From Bacillota bacterium (GTDB taxonomy: Bacteria; Bacillota; Clostridia; Peptostreptococcales; Acidaminobacteraceae), in the NCBI GenBank assembly GCA_034721975.1, contig JAYENG010000147.1, positions 1 to 46,971 on the forward strand: a stretch of 46,971 bases of DNA. The letters are read 5' to 3'. Of the stretch, positions 37,727-46,664 are shown piece by piece. The notes under the pieces were generated by a model. It had not been told where the DNA came from and did no database searches. It saw only the letters and a program-made list of their open reading frames with translations. The first letter of the stretch is position 1, and each line of letters starts with the position of its first letter. A program made the translations under genes and the position numbers.

Positions 37727-37805
37727 TTCTATTGAACCGCCGTGTACCGAACGGTACGCAGGTGGTGTGAGAGGTCGGTAATTAAATTAATTAATTATCT
37801 CCTAC
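37550..37805 (+). mobile_element. 3' remnant of a group II intron (maturase tail, domain V, domain VI)
   Basis: Domain V-like hairpin ACCGCCGTGTACC-GAAC-GGTACGCAGGTGGT (13 bp, one bulge, CGC triad position) at 37736-37766. It is followed by a GAGA../..TCTC helix and CCTAC, a plausible 3' end. Confidence 0.65.
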
Positions 37806-37839
37806 TCGATTATTTAAAAACTGTCTCTATTAGTCCACA

Positions 37840-37884
37840 AACGGTATAATAGAAACTTGATAATATTCCGATAACGGTATAATA
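37840..37884 (+). promoter_or_regulatory. Two 12-nt direct repeats AACGGTATAATA, 33 bp apart, upstream of the Fic gene (each contains a TATAAT)
   Basis: Exact repeats at 37840-37851 and 37873-37884. The second lies 20 nt before the likely ATG (37904). Confidence 0.5.
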
Positions 37885-37894
37885 TATAAGTAGG

Positions 37895-38824
37895 GTGATT
37901 ATTATGGTATATTTGAGTGTTCATGAAGTAAGTAAAAAATGGGGGATTTCTGATAGACGAGTTAGAGTTTTATGTAGTGAAGGAAGAATAGAGGGAGCAA
38001 CTAAAATAGGTCGTAGCTGGTCAATACCTGAAAAAGCAGTTAAACCAATTGATGGTAGAGAGATACAAAATGTTAAGTATATTGGGCTCAATTACGATTT
38101 CAGGAAGATTGATGAATTGAAGAGGAGAATAGACAGTTATAGACCTTTACCTATAAATGTGGCTAAATCTCTTCATGATAAATTGATAGTGGAGTGGACT
38201 TATAATAGTAATGCAATCGAAGGTAACACATTAACTATGTCCGAAACTAAAGTAGTATTAGAAGGTATCACAATTGGGGGAAAGAGCGTTGTTGAGCATC
38301 TTGAAACAATAAATCATAGAGAAGCAATACTTTTTATTGAAGACATGATTAGTGATGAAGAACAATTGACTGAATGGAATCTTAAAAATATTCACACATT
38401 AATTCTAAAAGAAATAGATAATGATAATTCTGGCAAATATAGAAAAGAAAATGTATTGATAAGTGGCGCAAAACACATACCACCAAACTACTATGAACTT
38501 GATTATCTTATGCAAAAATTAATAAAAGAATATCAAAATGAGTGGCATGAGTATCACCCAGTTATTAAAGCGACATTATTGCATGGAGAGTTTGTTAAGG
38601 TCCATCCCTTTATAGACGGAAATGGAAGAACAGCTCGTTTGCTTCTAAATTTTGAATTGATGAAGTATGGTTATACACCGATAATTATAAAAAATGAACG
38701 ACGTGCAGAGTATTATGATGTACTAGATCTAGCACATACAACTATGGATTATGGTCCGTTTATTAGTTTGGTATCAGAATTTGTTATTGAATCAGAAGAG
38801 TTGTGGTTAACAATTCTAGCTTAA
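37895..38824 (+). CDS. Fic-family protein (AMPylase-type) with N-terminal HTH and internal inhibitory motif
   Basis: Fic motif HPFIDGNGRTAR. Inhibitory (S/T)xxxE(G/N) motif SNAIEG upstream in the same chain. N-terminal MerR/excisionase-like HTH LSVHEVSKKWGISDRRVRVLCSEGRI. The likely start is ATG 37904 after AGGGTG. Confidence 0.9.
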   Translation: MIIMVYLSVHEVSKKWGISDRRVRVLCSEGRIEGATKIGRSWSIPEKAVKPIDGREIQNVKYIGLNYDFRKIDELKRRIDSYRPLPINVAKSLHDKLIVEWTYNSNAIEGNTLTMSETKVVLEGITIGGKSVVEHLETINHREAILFIEDMISDEEQLTEWNLKNIHTLILKEIDNDNSGKYRKENVLISGAKHIPPNYYELDYLMQKLIKEYQNEWHEYHPVIKATLLHGEFVKVHPFIDGNGRTARLLLNFELMKYGYTPIIIKNERRAEYYDVLDLAHTTMDYGPFISLVSEFVIESEELWLTILA

Positions 38825-38992
38825 TATTTATGAGTAGTTAGGGGAGTGCCCATTTACGTCGAATGCGTAGTGAGAATACAAAGAAAAGAATCTACGAAGT
38901 AGCAGTATTTACAAGAGTTTCAGATGATTTGAAGTTTGCATTGCTTTGTGAATTACCGATAGCTATTTATCTAATTGAGCAGCATAGAAAAA

Positions 38993-39026
38993 ACAGCAGA
39001 GTAAAATGAATATCTGCTGTTTTTTA
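38993..39026. terminator. Bidirectional intrinsic terminator (Fic gene / aminotransferase)
   Basis: AAAAAACAGCAG-loop-CTGCTGTTTTTT: A-run on one side, stem, then T-run on the other. Confidence 0.75.
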
Positions 39027-39075
39027 TGTCTTCAGCCTATTTATAGATTATAACGGAAGTTGTTGCTTTTTATAT

Positions 39076-40254
39076 TTAAAGTGATTCGGTGTATTTTTTC
39101 AGTTTGTCCAAACCGATTTTTATGTTGTCTATGCTGGTTGCATAAGACATTCTTATGAAGTCGTCATTACCGAAAGCGATGCCTGGGACAAACGCGACCT
39201 TTTGATTTTCCAATAGATCGTCGCAAACTTTCAATGAAAGACTGTCTTTGTAATCCAAGCTGTCTTTAAGCTGACTGATGTCAATGAAGAAATAGAAGGC
39301 ACCATCGGGTTCGATTATCGATACTTTAGGGATACCTTTAAAGAGATCTATAACCAAATCTCTTCTTGTTCTATATATTTCAACCATTTCTTGAGTAGCT
39401 TCTTCACAGTTCTCGACAGCCTTAAGTGCGGCCCATTGAGAGATGGTGCAAGGATGAGAAACTAAATGTCCTTGAATGCTTCCCATAGCTTTTGCAAGTT
39501 CAAGATTAGAAGCCGTGTAGCCGATTCTCCATCCAGTCATCGATGCTGATTTTGAAAGGCCGTTGATAGTTATTGTTAAATCGTAAGCTTCTTTTGAAAA
39601 TGAAGCGATGCTTGTAAATTCTTTATCAAAGATGATTTTTTCATAAATTTCATCAGAAAGTATATAGATGTTGTTTTGCACACAAATATCCACAATCTTT
39701 TTGAGTTCTTCTTTGTTGTAAACTGCCCCTGTCGGATTTGAAGGATTTGTTATGAATATCGCTTTAGTGTTTTCTGTGATAACATCATGTAGTTCTTGTG
39801 GTTGTATTTTAAAAGAATTCTCCTTTTTTGCGTTGATAAAAATAGGAACTCCACCAGTCAATTTAACCATTTCAGGGTAGCTTACCCAATATGGCGCTGG
39901 TATGATGACCTCATCATTAGGATTGAGTACTGCCATAAGTATGTTGGTTATTGAATGTTTTGCACCGGACGATACGACAATCTGATTTGCTTCGTAATCT
40001 AAATTGTTGTCATTTTTAAGTTTTTTACATATTGCCTGTCTCAACTCTAAAACCCCTGAAGCCGCATCGTATTTAGTCAAGTTGTTTCGAATTGCGTTTA
40101 TCGCAGCTTCCTTGACATTTTCAGGTGTGAAAAAATCGGGTTCTCCAATGCTTAAATTAGTGATATCTTGGCCTTGTTTCTTCAATTCCTTAACCTTTGT
40201 ACTGATTCCCACAGTAAAAGAAGGAGTTACACTAGATAATTTCTTAGATAACAT
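39076..40254 (-). CDS. Aspartate/aromatic-family PLP aminotransferase (class I)
   Basis: PLP-lysine motif LSKSASMTGWRIGY, plus NPSNPTG and SDEIYEK motifs; 392 aa. Confidence 0.9.
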   Translation of the reverse strand: MLSKKLSSVTPSFTVGISTKVKELKKQGQDITNLSIGEPDFFTPENVKEAAINAIRNNLTKYDAASGVLELRQAICKKLKNDNNLDYEANQIVVSSGAKHSITNILMAVLNPNDEVIIPAPYWVSYPEMVKLTGGVPIFINAKKENSFKIQPQELHDVITENTKAIFITNPSNPTGAVYNKEELKKIVDICVQNNIYILSDEIYEKIIFDKEFTSIASFSKEAYDLTITINGLSKSASMTGWRIGYTASNLELAKAMGSIQGHLVSHPCTISQWAALKAVENCEEATQEMVEIYRTRRDLVIDLFKGIPKVSIIEPDGAFYFFIDISQLKDSLDYKDSLSLKVCDDLLENQKVAFVPGIAFGNDDFIRMSYATSIDNIKIGLDKLKKYTESL

Positions 40255-40346
40255 TTTTACCTCCTAAAGATATTGGTATTATTTTAATTTGTGATAGAAT
40301 AATTATAACAGAGGTTTCAATTAATAGAAAAGAAAAAGGAGAAAAC

Positions 40347-40850
40347 ATGACAAAAATAACAAGACAATCACTACCTACTAAAGGAGTCAGTTACATAAAA
40401 GTAGTAAGTGTGCTGATATTAACAGTTTTCTTAATGAATTTAAGTCTACGAATTTTAGTGAATATCAATCCGCTTATATCAAGCGTTGTCGCCTTACTGA
40501 TTGTAGGACTAGGTGCTATCTATATTTACAATATTGTTTTTTATTCAATGGCGAATTATATATATAAAATAATTTCGAATGAATTGATAATAGAACGAGT
40601 GATCAGTCACTTGAATCATACTTTTTATAATATCGATTTTCATAACATTTTAGTATTCGAGCCATATGATTCTACTAATAATGATATGAAAGTATCTAGA
40701 AAGCATCGATATGTTCAGGATAATGATTTTAAACGATGGTATTTCATTGAATTCACGAGAAATGGCAATCGTATAAAATTGATTATTGAACCTGATTTAG
40801 GATTTGCAAGTTCTATTCAAGAGGGGATAAAAAAAGATGCGAATTCTTGA
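40347..40850 (+). CDS. Hypothetical membrane protein (2 TM; possible YdbS-like bacterial PH domain)
   Basis: Two N-terminal hydrophobic helices then a soluble C-half. AAGGAG SD. The domain assignment is a guess. Confidence 0.55.
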   Translation: MTKITRQSLPTKGVSYIKVVSVLILTVFLMNLSLRILVNINPLISSVVALLIVGLGAIYIYNIVFYSMANYIYKIISNELIIERVISHLNHTFYNIDFHNILVFEPYDSTNNDMKVSRKHRYVQDNDFKRWYFIEFTRNGNRIKLIIEPDLGFASSIQEGIKKDANS

Positions 40851-42243
40851 AGGATTAAAAAGAATAAGTGATGAGAATTTAATTTCATTTCATATGCCGG
40901 GCCATAAAAACGGGAGATTATTGTCTTCCTATTTTTCTGGTTATCTTAAATACGATATAACTGAAATTCCAGGGGCGGATAATCTTCATAATCCTGTAGG
41001 CATGATAAAAGAAACAGAAGAAATGATATCGGAGTATTATGATTCTGATAAGAGTTATATTATTGTTAATGGTTCAACGGCGGGGATATATAGCGCTGTT
41101 ATGGCTATTGCAAATCCTAGTGACAAACTTATCATCTCGCGTGAATGTCATCGCTCTGTTTATAGTGCGTTGATCTTGGGAGGAATTGAAGCTGAGTATA
41201 TATACCCGGAGATAGATTCGAAATCTGGTGCGATTAAAGCAATAAATGTTGAAGTAGTTAAAGAAAAATTTATAAAGTGTCCAGAAGCGAAAGGAATGGT
41301 TTTAACCAGTCCGACATATCTCGGTGTTGTTAGTCCGATAAAAGAAATTTCTGAGTATCTACATTCGATTGGGAAGGTTTTGATAGTGGATGAGGCACAT
41401 GGAGCTCACTTGAAATCCTCTAAGTTATTGCCTGACGACTCAATTTCACAAGGAGCTGATGTAAGTATCCAAAGTTTTCATAAAACTTTACCAGCGCTCA
41501 CTCAGGCGTCTGTCTTGCATTTGAATAGCAAGAGAGTCAATCGAAAAAAAATGGAGAGTTTGCTGAGAATACATCAAACATCATCGCCTTCATACCTCAT
41601 CATGGCATCGATAGATGCAGCAATGAATCTAATGGCTGATAATGGTGAAACGATGAGCGAGAATTTATTGAACATTATTAATGAATTCAATGAAAATCTT
41701 GAGAATCATAAATATCTGAAAAGAATGACGATAAAGAATAGTATTTTGGATCCAATGCGGATAGTTTTAATTGACAAGGGAAACAAAAGAGTAGGTTTTC
41801 ATCAATTGGAAATGATTTTAAGAAGCGATTATCGGATTCAAGTAGAGTATGCTTATGATAAAGGGATTGTGTTGATTCCATCTATTGCGAATACAAGAGA
41901 AGATTTTTTAGTATTATCGAGAGCACTCGATTCAATATCGTTTGACAACCTGATAATTGCATCACGATGTGATACAATGGAGTATGTGCGACCTGTCAAG
42001 AGAATGTCGATTCGTGATGCTTTTTATAGCGAGAGTGAAGATGTAAATATAAGAGATTCTTCTAAACGGACAGCTTCAGAATTTATTATTCCATATCCAC
42101 CTGGGGTTCCTCTACTTATTCCTGGAGAAGAGATAGATAACAGTATGATACATTTAGTTTTGCAGCTTAATGAAAAGGGAGTTAATGTATTAGGTTTATC
42201 AGGTGAAATCAAAGATAATATTGCAGTAATCAAGGAGGATTAA
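40837..42243 (+). CDS. Orn/Lys/Arg decarboxylase-family PLP enzyme (YaaO-like)
   Basis: FHMPGHK N-terminus, the SFHKTL PLP-lysine motif, and PYPPGVP near the C-terminus. Confidence 0.88.
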   Translation: MRILEGLKRISDENLISFHMPGHKNGRLLSSYFSGYLKYDITEIPGADNLHNPVGMIKETEEMISEYYDSDKSYIIVNGSTAGIYSAVMAIANPSDKLIISRECHRSVYSALILGGIEAEYIYPEIDSKSGAIKAINVEVVKEKFIKCPEAKGMVLTSPTYLGVVSPIKEISEYLHSIGKVLIVDEAHGAHLKSSKLLPDDSISQGADVSIQSFHKTLPALTQASVLHLNSKRVNRKKMESLLRIHQTSSPSYLIMASIDAAMNLMADNGETMSENLLNIINEFNENLENHKYLKRMTIKNSILDPMRIVLIDKGNKRVGFHQLEMILRSDYRIQVEYAYDKGIVLIPSIANTREDFLVLSRALDSISFDNLIIASRCDTMEYVRPVKRMSIRDAFYSESEDVNIRDSSKRTASEFIIPYPPGVPLLIPGEEIDNSMIHLVLQLNEKGVNVLGLSGEIKDNIAVIKED

Positions 42244-42245
42244 AT

Positions 42246-42800
42246 TTGTTAAAAGAAATTTTCGAATGGGCAAAATCAATAATTTTTGCATTGATAGTAG
42301 TCTTTATTTTCAATATATTTTTTGGAATCACAACAGTTTACAATACTTCAATGGTTCCAACTTTAGTAGAGAAAAACATGTTGTTTATTTCTAAGATAGC
42401 AAAAATAGAAAATGGAGACATAGTTACTTTTGAAACGGATATTAAACTAACTAAAATGGATATTCAAACACTTAGTCCAATTAAACGTCTATTTGTAAGT
42501 GAAAACACAAATAAGAATTTAATTAAGAGGGCCATAGGTATACCTGGTGACAAGATTGTAATAGAGAATGGTGAAGTTTTTGTAAATGATGAGAAATTAG
42601 ATGAACCATATATTAATACCGTAACTATGGGTGATGTTTACATTGAGGAAATTCAAGAAGATGAGTACTTCATGATGGGAGATAATCGTGCGGTCAGTTT
42701 AGATTCCAGGAGCAGTATAGTTGGGCTTGTTGCAGAAGAGAAAATTATCGGAGAAGCAATTTTTAGATTTTGGCCGATATTTGATTTGGAAATCTTTTAA
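42246..42800 (+). CDS. lepB: Signal peptidase I
   Basis: Catalytic Ser box SMVPTL, Lys box IKRAIGIPGD, and GDNRAVSLDSR. TTG start. Confidence 0.92.
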   Translation: MLKEIFEWAKSIIFALIVVFIFNIFFGITTVYNTSMVPTLVEKNMLFISKIAKIENGDIVTFETDIKLTKMDIQTLSPIKRLFVSENTNKNLIKRAIGIPGDKIVIENGEVFVNDEKLDEPYINTVTMGDVYIEEIQEDEYFMMGDNRAVSLDSRSSIVGLVAEEKIIGEAIFRFWPIFDLEIF

Positions 42801-42813
42801 TATGGAGTAGTTT

Positions 42814-43803
42814 ATGTTTGAAAAAATAGTAGGTCATGTGGATGCTAAAAATGAATTAAAAAATCACATTCATAAGAATGAACTTTCCCATGCATATATT
42901 TTTTATGGTAATGAGGGAATAGGAAAATTTTCTTTAGCAAAAGAATTTTCAAAATCTCTTTTGTGTGATGAGTCAAATGAGTATTGCGGTAGTTGTCAGT
43001 CTTGTCATCTCTTCGATGGCAAAACTCATCCAGATTTTCGGATTATTGATTCGGAGAAAAGTATTAAGGTCCAAGACATACTAGAAATGATTGATTTTAT
43101 AATTAGCAAACCTATAATAAGCAAGAAAAAAGTGGTTGTTATCAACGACTCGGAAAAATTAACGAATGAAGCACAGAATAAGTTGTTAAAAACATTTGAA
43201 GAACCACCATCATATGGGGTGATAATTCTAATCGTCAATAATCCCAGCAAAATAATCGATACAATTAAATCTAGAGGTTATGAGATTGAATTTGATGTAC
43301 TTGATGATAATGAAGTTATTGAGTTTCTAAAACATTATAGTGATGACAAAGAAATGAATTATTCACAGATAGCTAAATTTTCTCAAGGGTCTATCACTAA
43401 AGCCATAAGCACTTTAGAATCAAATCGGTTTAGTCAATTGATTGATTTGCCAAATGAAATATTCGATTCAATTATTAAAAATGATGAATATAAGTTGTTG
43501 AAAATTGTTCCGCAGGCAAGTGAAATACAGGAAATCTTAGAATTTATGTTGACTTGGATTAGAGATATCAGTATATTAAAGAAAAGTAGAAATTATGAAA
43601 GTATTTTTAATGTAAATTATTTTAATGAATTGCAAAGGCAATCTAATAGCTTTGATATAGAAATACTTTTAAAATTTTCTGATATTATTGAAAATACAAA
43701 GAAAGTCATAGGCAATCATGTTAACCCAGTAGTTAGCTTAAATTACTGTTTGCTTAAGATACAGGAGGAATATTATGAGTATAGTAATCGGCGTCAGATT
43801 TAA
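42814..43803 (+). CDS. holB: DNA polymerase III delta' subunit
   Basis: AAA+-like SHAYIFYGNEGIGK, zinc module CGSCQSCHLF, and LLKTFEEPP box. Confidence 0.9.
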   Translation: MFEKIVGHVDAKNELKNHIHKNELSHAYIFYGNEGIGKFSLAKEFSKSLLCDESNEYCGSCQSCHLFDGKTHPDFRIIDSEKSIKVQDILEMIDFIISKPIISKKKVVVINDSEKLTNEAQNKLLKTFEEPPSYGVIILIVNNPSKIIDTIKSRGYEIEFDVLDDNEVIEFLKHYSDDKEMNYSQIAKFSQGSITKAISTLESNRFSQLIDLPNEIFDSIIKNDEYKLLKIVPQASEIQEILEFMLTWIRDISILKKSRNYESIFNVNYFNELQRQSNSFDIEILLKFSDIIENTKKVIGNHVNPVVSLNYCLLKIQEEYYEYSNRRQI

Positions 43804-44608
43804 AAAAGCCGGAAAAATATATTATTTTGATCCTGATGGGATTCAAATTGAAAATGGACAAAATGTTATTATAGAAACATCAAGAGGTGTTGAATTTGGG
43901 AATGTTGTAATAGGCGTTAGAGATGTTCCAGAGGATAAATTGTTTTTGCCACTTAAAAAAGTTTTGAGAGTGGCAACTCCCGATGATAAACTAAAAAACA
44001 AAGAAAACATTTTTAAACAAATTGAAGCAAAGGAAATTTGTCTAAAAAAAATAAAGGAACACAAGCTTGATATGAAATTAATTGATGCTGAGTACACTTT
44101 TGATAACAATAAAGTAATATTCTACTTCACTTCTGATGGAAGAGTTGACTTTAGAGAACTTGTAAAAGATTTAGCTTCAATATTTAAAACAAGAATAGAG
44201 CTCAGACAGATCGGTGTAAGAGATGAGGCGAAATTCAGAAACGGCATTGGTCAATGTGGACTTCCGTTATGTTGTGCAAATTGGCTTGGAGATTTTCAAC
44301 CTGTATCTATAAAAATGGCGAAGGATCAAAATTTATCACTTAGCCCGACTAAAATATCTGGAATTTGCGGTAGATTGATGTGTTGCCTAAAATATGAACA
44401 TGAGACCTATCTTGAATTAAAAAAAGAATTGCCTACAAAAGGTCAGTTAGTTAAAGTGGAAAGAGGCGAAGGATTGGTTATCGATGTAGATATTTTTAAG
44501 CAAAAAATTAAAATTTTGTTTAGACCGGAAAATGAAAAAGGCGAAAAAGAAATTGAGTGGTTTAATAAAAATGAAATACTTCGAGTGAAAGGCAAAGCTT
44601 CTAAATAG
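43775..44608 (+). CDS. ricT: PSP1-domain protein RicT (YaaT)
   Basis: VIGVRFKKAGKIYYFD N-terminus and Cys cluster GQCGLPLCCANW...GICGRLMCCLKYE. Confidence 0.92.
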   Translation: MSIVIGVRFKKAGKIYYFDPDGIQIENGQNVIIETSRGVEFGNVVIGVRDVPEDKLFLPLKKVLRVATPDDKLKNKENIFKQIEAKEICLKKIKEHKLDMKLIDAEYTFDNNKVIFYFTSDGRVDFRELVKDLASIFKTRIELRQIGVRDEAKFRNGIGQCGLPLCCANWLGDFQPVSIKMAKDQNLSLSPTKISGICGRLMCCLKYEHETYLELKKELPTKGQLVKVERGEGLVIDVDIFKQKIKILFRPENEKGEKEIEWFNKNEILRVKGKASK

Positions 44609-44620
44609 AAGCTTTTTTTT
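44594..44620 (+). terminator. Hairpin plus T8 overlapping the ricT stop
   Basis: AAAGCTTC-TAAATA-GAAGCTTT followed by TTTTT. Confidence 0.6.
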
Positions 44621-44631
44621 GGAAAAATAAA

Positions 44632-45396
44632 ATGGTTGAAATTAATGAAAACGAAACAATCGATGATTTACAATTAAATGGTTTAAGAATAATTCAAAAT
44701 AATGATTCATTTAAATTCGGGATAGATGCAGTTTTGTTAAGCCACTTTGTCAAGGCGAGGAGAAATGCAAAATTAATCGATTTCGGTACTGGAACGGGAA
44801 TACTCCCTATTCTTTTGTCTGCAAAGATTCAAGTGAATAAGATATATGGAATAGAAATTCAAGCTGAAATGGCTGAAATGGCAAACCGAAGTGTAATTAT
44901 GAATGAAATAGAAAAGAAAATTGAAATATTGAACATAGATATTAAAGATGCATCTAGTTACTTTGGATATGATTTTGCAGATATAATTACTTGTAATCCA
45001 CCTTATTTTATTGCAAATGGTGCAATAAAAAATCCAAGTGATGCGAAAGCTATTTCACGACATGAAGTTTTGATAACTTTAGAACAGATTATTAAACAAG
45101 CGAGCAAGGTTTTAAAACACAATGGGAACCTATATATGATTCATAGACCTAATAGATTAGTTGATGTGATAACCTTTCTTAAAAAATATCAATTAGAGCC
45201 AAAGGAGATTCAATTTGTCAGTCCTAATGCAAATAAAGAGCCAAATTTGTTTTTAGTTAGAGCAAATAAGGGCGGACGCGCTGAATTAAAATTTCATAAG
45301 CCCTTATATGTTTATGATATGAAGGGTAACTATACAGAAGAAATTTATAACATATATAATGGTGTCAAAATGGATATTTTTGATAAAAGAGGATGA
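44632..45396 (+). CDS. SAM-dependent N6-adenine methyltransferase, YabB/TrmN6-like (tRNA m6A37 type)
   Basis: SAM motif I LIDFGTGTGILP and catalytic NPPY (ITCNPPYF). Conserved position before rsmI. Confidence 0.85.
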   Translation: MVEINENETIDDLQLNGLRIIQNNDSFKFGIDAVLLSHFVKARRNAKLIDFGTGTGILPILLSAKIQVNKIYGIEIQAEMAEMANRSVIMNEIEKKIEILNIDIKDASSYFGYDFADIITCNPPYFIANGAIKNPSDAKAISRHEVLITLEQIIKQASKVLKHNGNLYMIHRPNRLVDVITFLKKYQLEPKEIQFVSPNANKEPNLFLVRANKGGRAELKFHKPLYVYDMKGNYTEEIYNIYNGVKMDIFDKRG

Positions 45397-45400
45397 TGAT

Positions 45401-46231
45401 ATGGCGGGAAAATTAATTGTAATACCAACACCTATAGGAAATTTAAAGGATATTACGGAAAGATCATTAGAGGCACTTCGCAGTGTCGATTTTATCGCTG
45501 CGGAAGATACCAGACACACTTTGAAATTGTTGAATTATTTTGGAATCAAAAATAGATTGTTTAGTTATCACGAACATAATAAACGAGTAGCGGGAGAGAA
45601 ATTAATCAATGAATTATTGAGTGGGAATACAATCGGTCTTGTCACTGACGCGGGTATGCCAGGAATATCAGATCCGGGTTCTGATTTAATTAGAGATGCC
45701 ATCGAAAATAATATTGATATTGAAGTTTTACCTGGTCCATCTGCTTTTGTAAATGGATTGATATTATCAGGGTTTGATACGAGAGAATTTTATTTTATTG
45801 GTTTTTTAGATAGAAATAAAAAGGTTAGAAAGAAAAAATTAAATGAACTAAAGAATTTAAGAATTACATTGATATTTTATGAAGCACCACACAGAATAGT
45901 ATCAATTTTGAAGGATATCAGTAAAGTTCTAGGAAATCGTAAAATCTCAGTAGCTAGAGAACTAACAAAGAAATTTGAAGAAGTATTGAGAGGAACGGTT
46001 GATGAAATAATTGAAATTTTGCAAAGCAGATCAATTAAAGGTGAATTTGTTATTGTTATTGAAGGAAATACGGAGGAAGAAATAAAAGAAGAATTTAAAC
46101 TTACTATAAAAGAAGATTTAGTAAAAAGAATTTCGGAAGGAATCTCAAAGAAAAATGCAATAAAGGAAATTGCCATCGAGCGTGGTATTCCCAAAAAAGA
46201 AGTGTATCAAGAAGCAATATATATTGATTGA
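45401..46231 (+). CDS. rsmI: 16S rRNA (cytidine1402-2'-O)-methyltransferase RsmI
   Basis: GKLIVIPTPIGNLKDIT N-terminus and tetrapyrrole-methylase fold motifs (AEDTRHT, SDAGMPGISDPG). ATG 45401 follows AGAGGA. The ORF-track start 45359 overlaps the previous gene. Confidence 0.93.
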   Translation: MAGKLIVIPTPIGNLKDITERSLEALRSVDFIAAEDTRHTLKLLNYFGIKNRLFSYHEHNKRVAGEKLINELLSGNTIGLVTDAGMPGISDPGSDLIRDAIENNIDIEVLPGPSAFVNGLILSGFDTREFYFIGFLDRNKKVRKKKLNELKNLRITLIFYEAPHRIVSILKDISKVLGNRKISVARELTKKFEEVLRGTVDEIIEILQSRSIKGEFVIVIEGNTEEEIKEEFKLTIKEDLVKRISEGISKKNAIKEIAIERGIPKKEVYQEAIYID

Positions 46232-46237
46232 ATAAAA

Positions 46238-46267
46238 AACCTTGTTAGAAAAAAATCTAACAAGGTT
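46238..46267. terminator. Bidirectional terminator between rsmI and abrB
   Basis: Perfect 12-bp stem AACCTTGTTAGA-AAAAAA-TCTAACAAGGTT, flanked by A-rich and T-rich runs. Confidence 0.8.
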
Positions 46268-46272
46268 TTCTT

Positions 46273-46518
46273 TTACTTCATAGAAGCAATTTCAGCTAAA
46301 CATTCAGGACAAATATTTTTACCTTTAATGTTTTTAACACCTTTTGCTTGACCACAGAAAATACATGCTGGTTCATATTTCTTTAGGATAATAGTATCCT
46401 GTTCAACATAAATTTCGAGTGCGTCTTTCTCACCTATCAAAAGGTTGCGACGAAGTTCAATAGGTAATACTACTCTACCTAATTCGTCAACTTTTCTTAC
46501 AATACCAGTTGATTTCAT
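46273..46518 (-). CDS. abrB: Transition-state regulator AbrB (SpoVT/AbrB family)
   Basis: MKSTGIVRKVDELGRVVLPIELRR is nearly identical to the AbrB N-terminal swapped-hairpin domain. Clostridial-type C-terminus with CxxC...CxxC. AGGAGGTAAT SD. Confidence 0.95.
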   Translation of the reverse strand: MKSTGIVRKVDELGRVVLPIELRRNLLIGEKDALEIYVEQDTIILKKYEPACIFCGQAKGVKNIKGKNICPECLAEIASMK

Positions 46519-46631
46519 AATTACCTCCTTATTTGATTATCAACAATCCCAATATAATAATACCAAATAATAGAAAAATTGTCTATAATATTTTAAAAAA
46601 AGTTGTAATTATTATAAATAAATTGTAAAAA

Positions 46632-46655
46632 ACCCAATTACTTTAGTAATTGGGT
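46632..46655 (-). terminator. Intrinsic terminator (minus strand) after the DUF948-like gene
   Basis: ACCCAATTAC-TTTA-GTAATTGGGT, with T6 on the minus strand. Confidence 0.75.
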
Positions 46656-46664
46656 AATAACATA

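Noticed and set aside
38863-39009. 48-aa plus-strand ORF (MRSENTKKRIYEVAVF...) downstream of the Fic gene, considered as a possible antitoxin-like partner.
   Set aside because: No SD. It runs into the bidirectional terminator hairpin and has no recognisable fold or motif.
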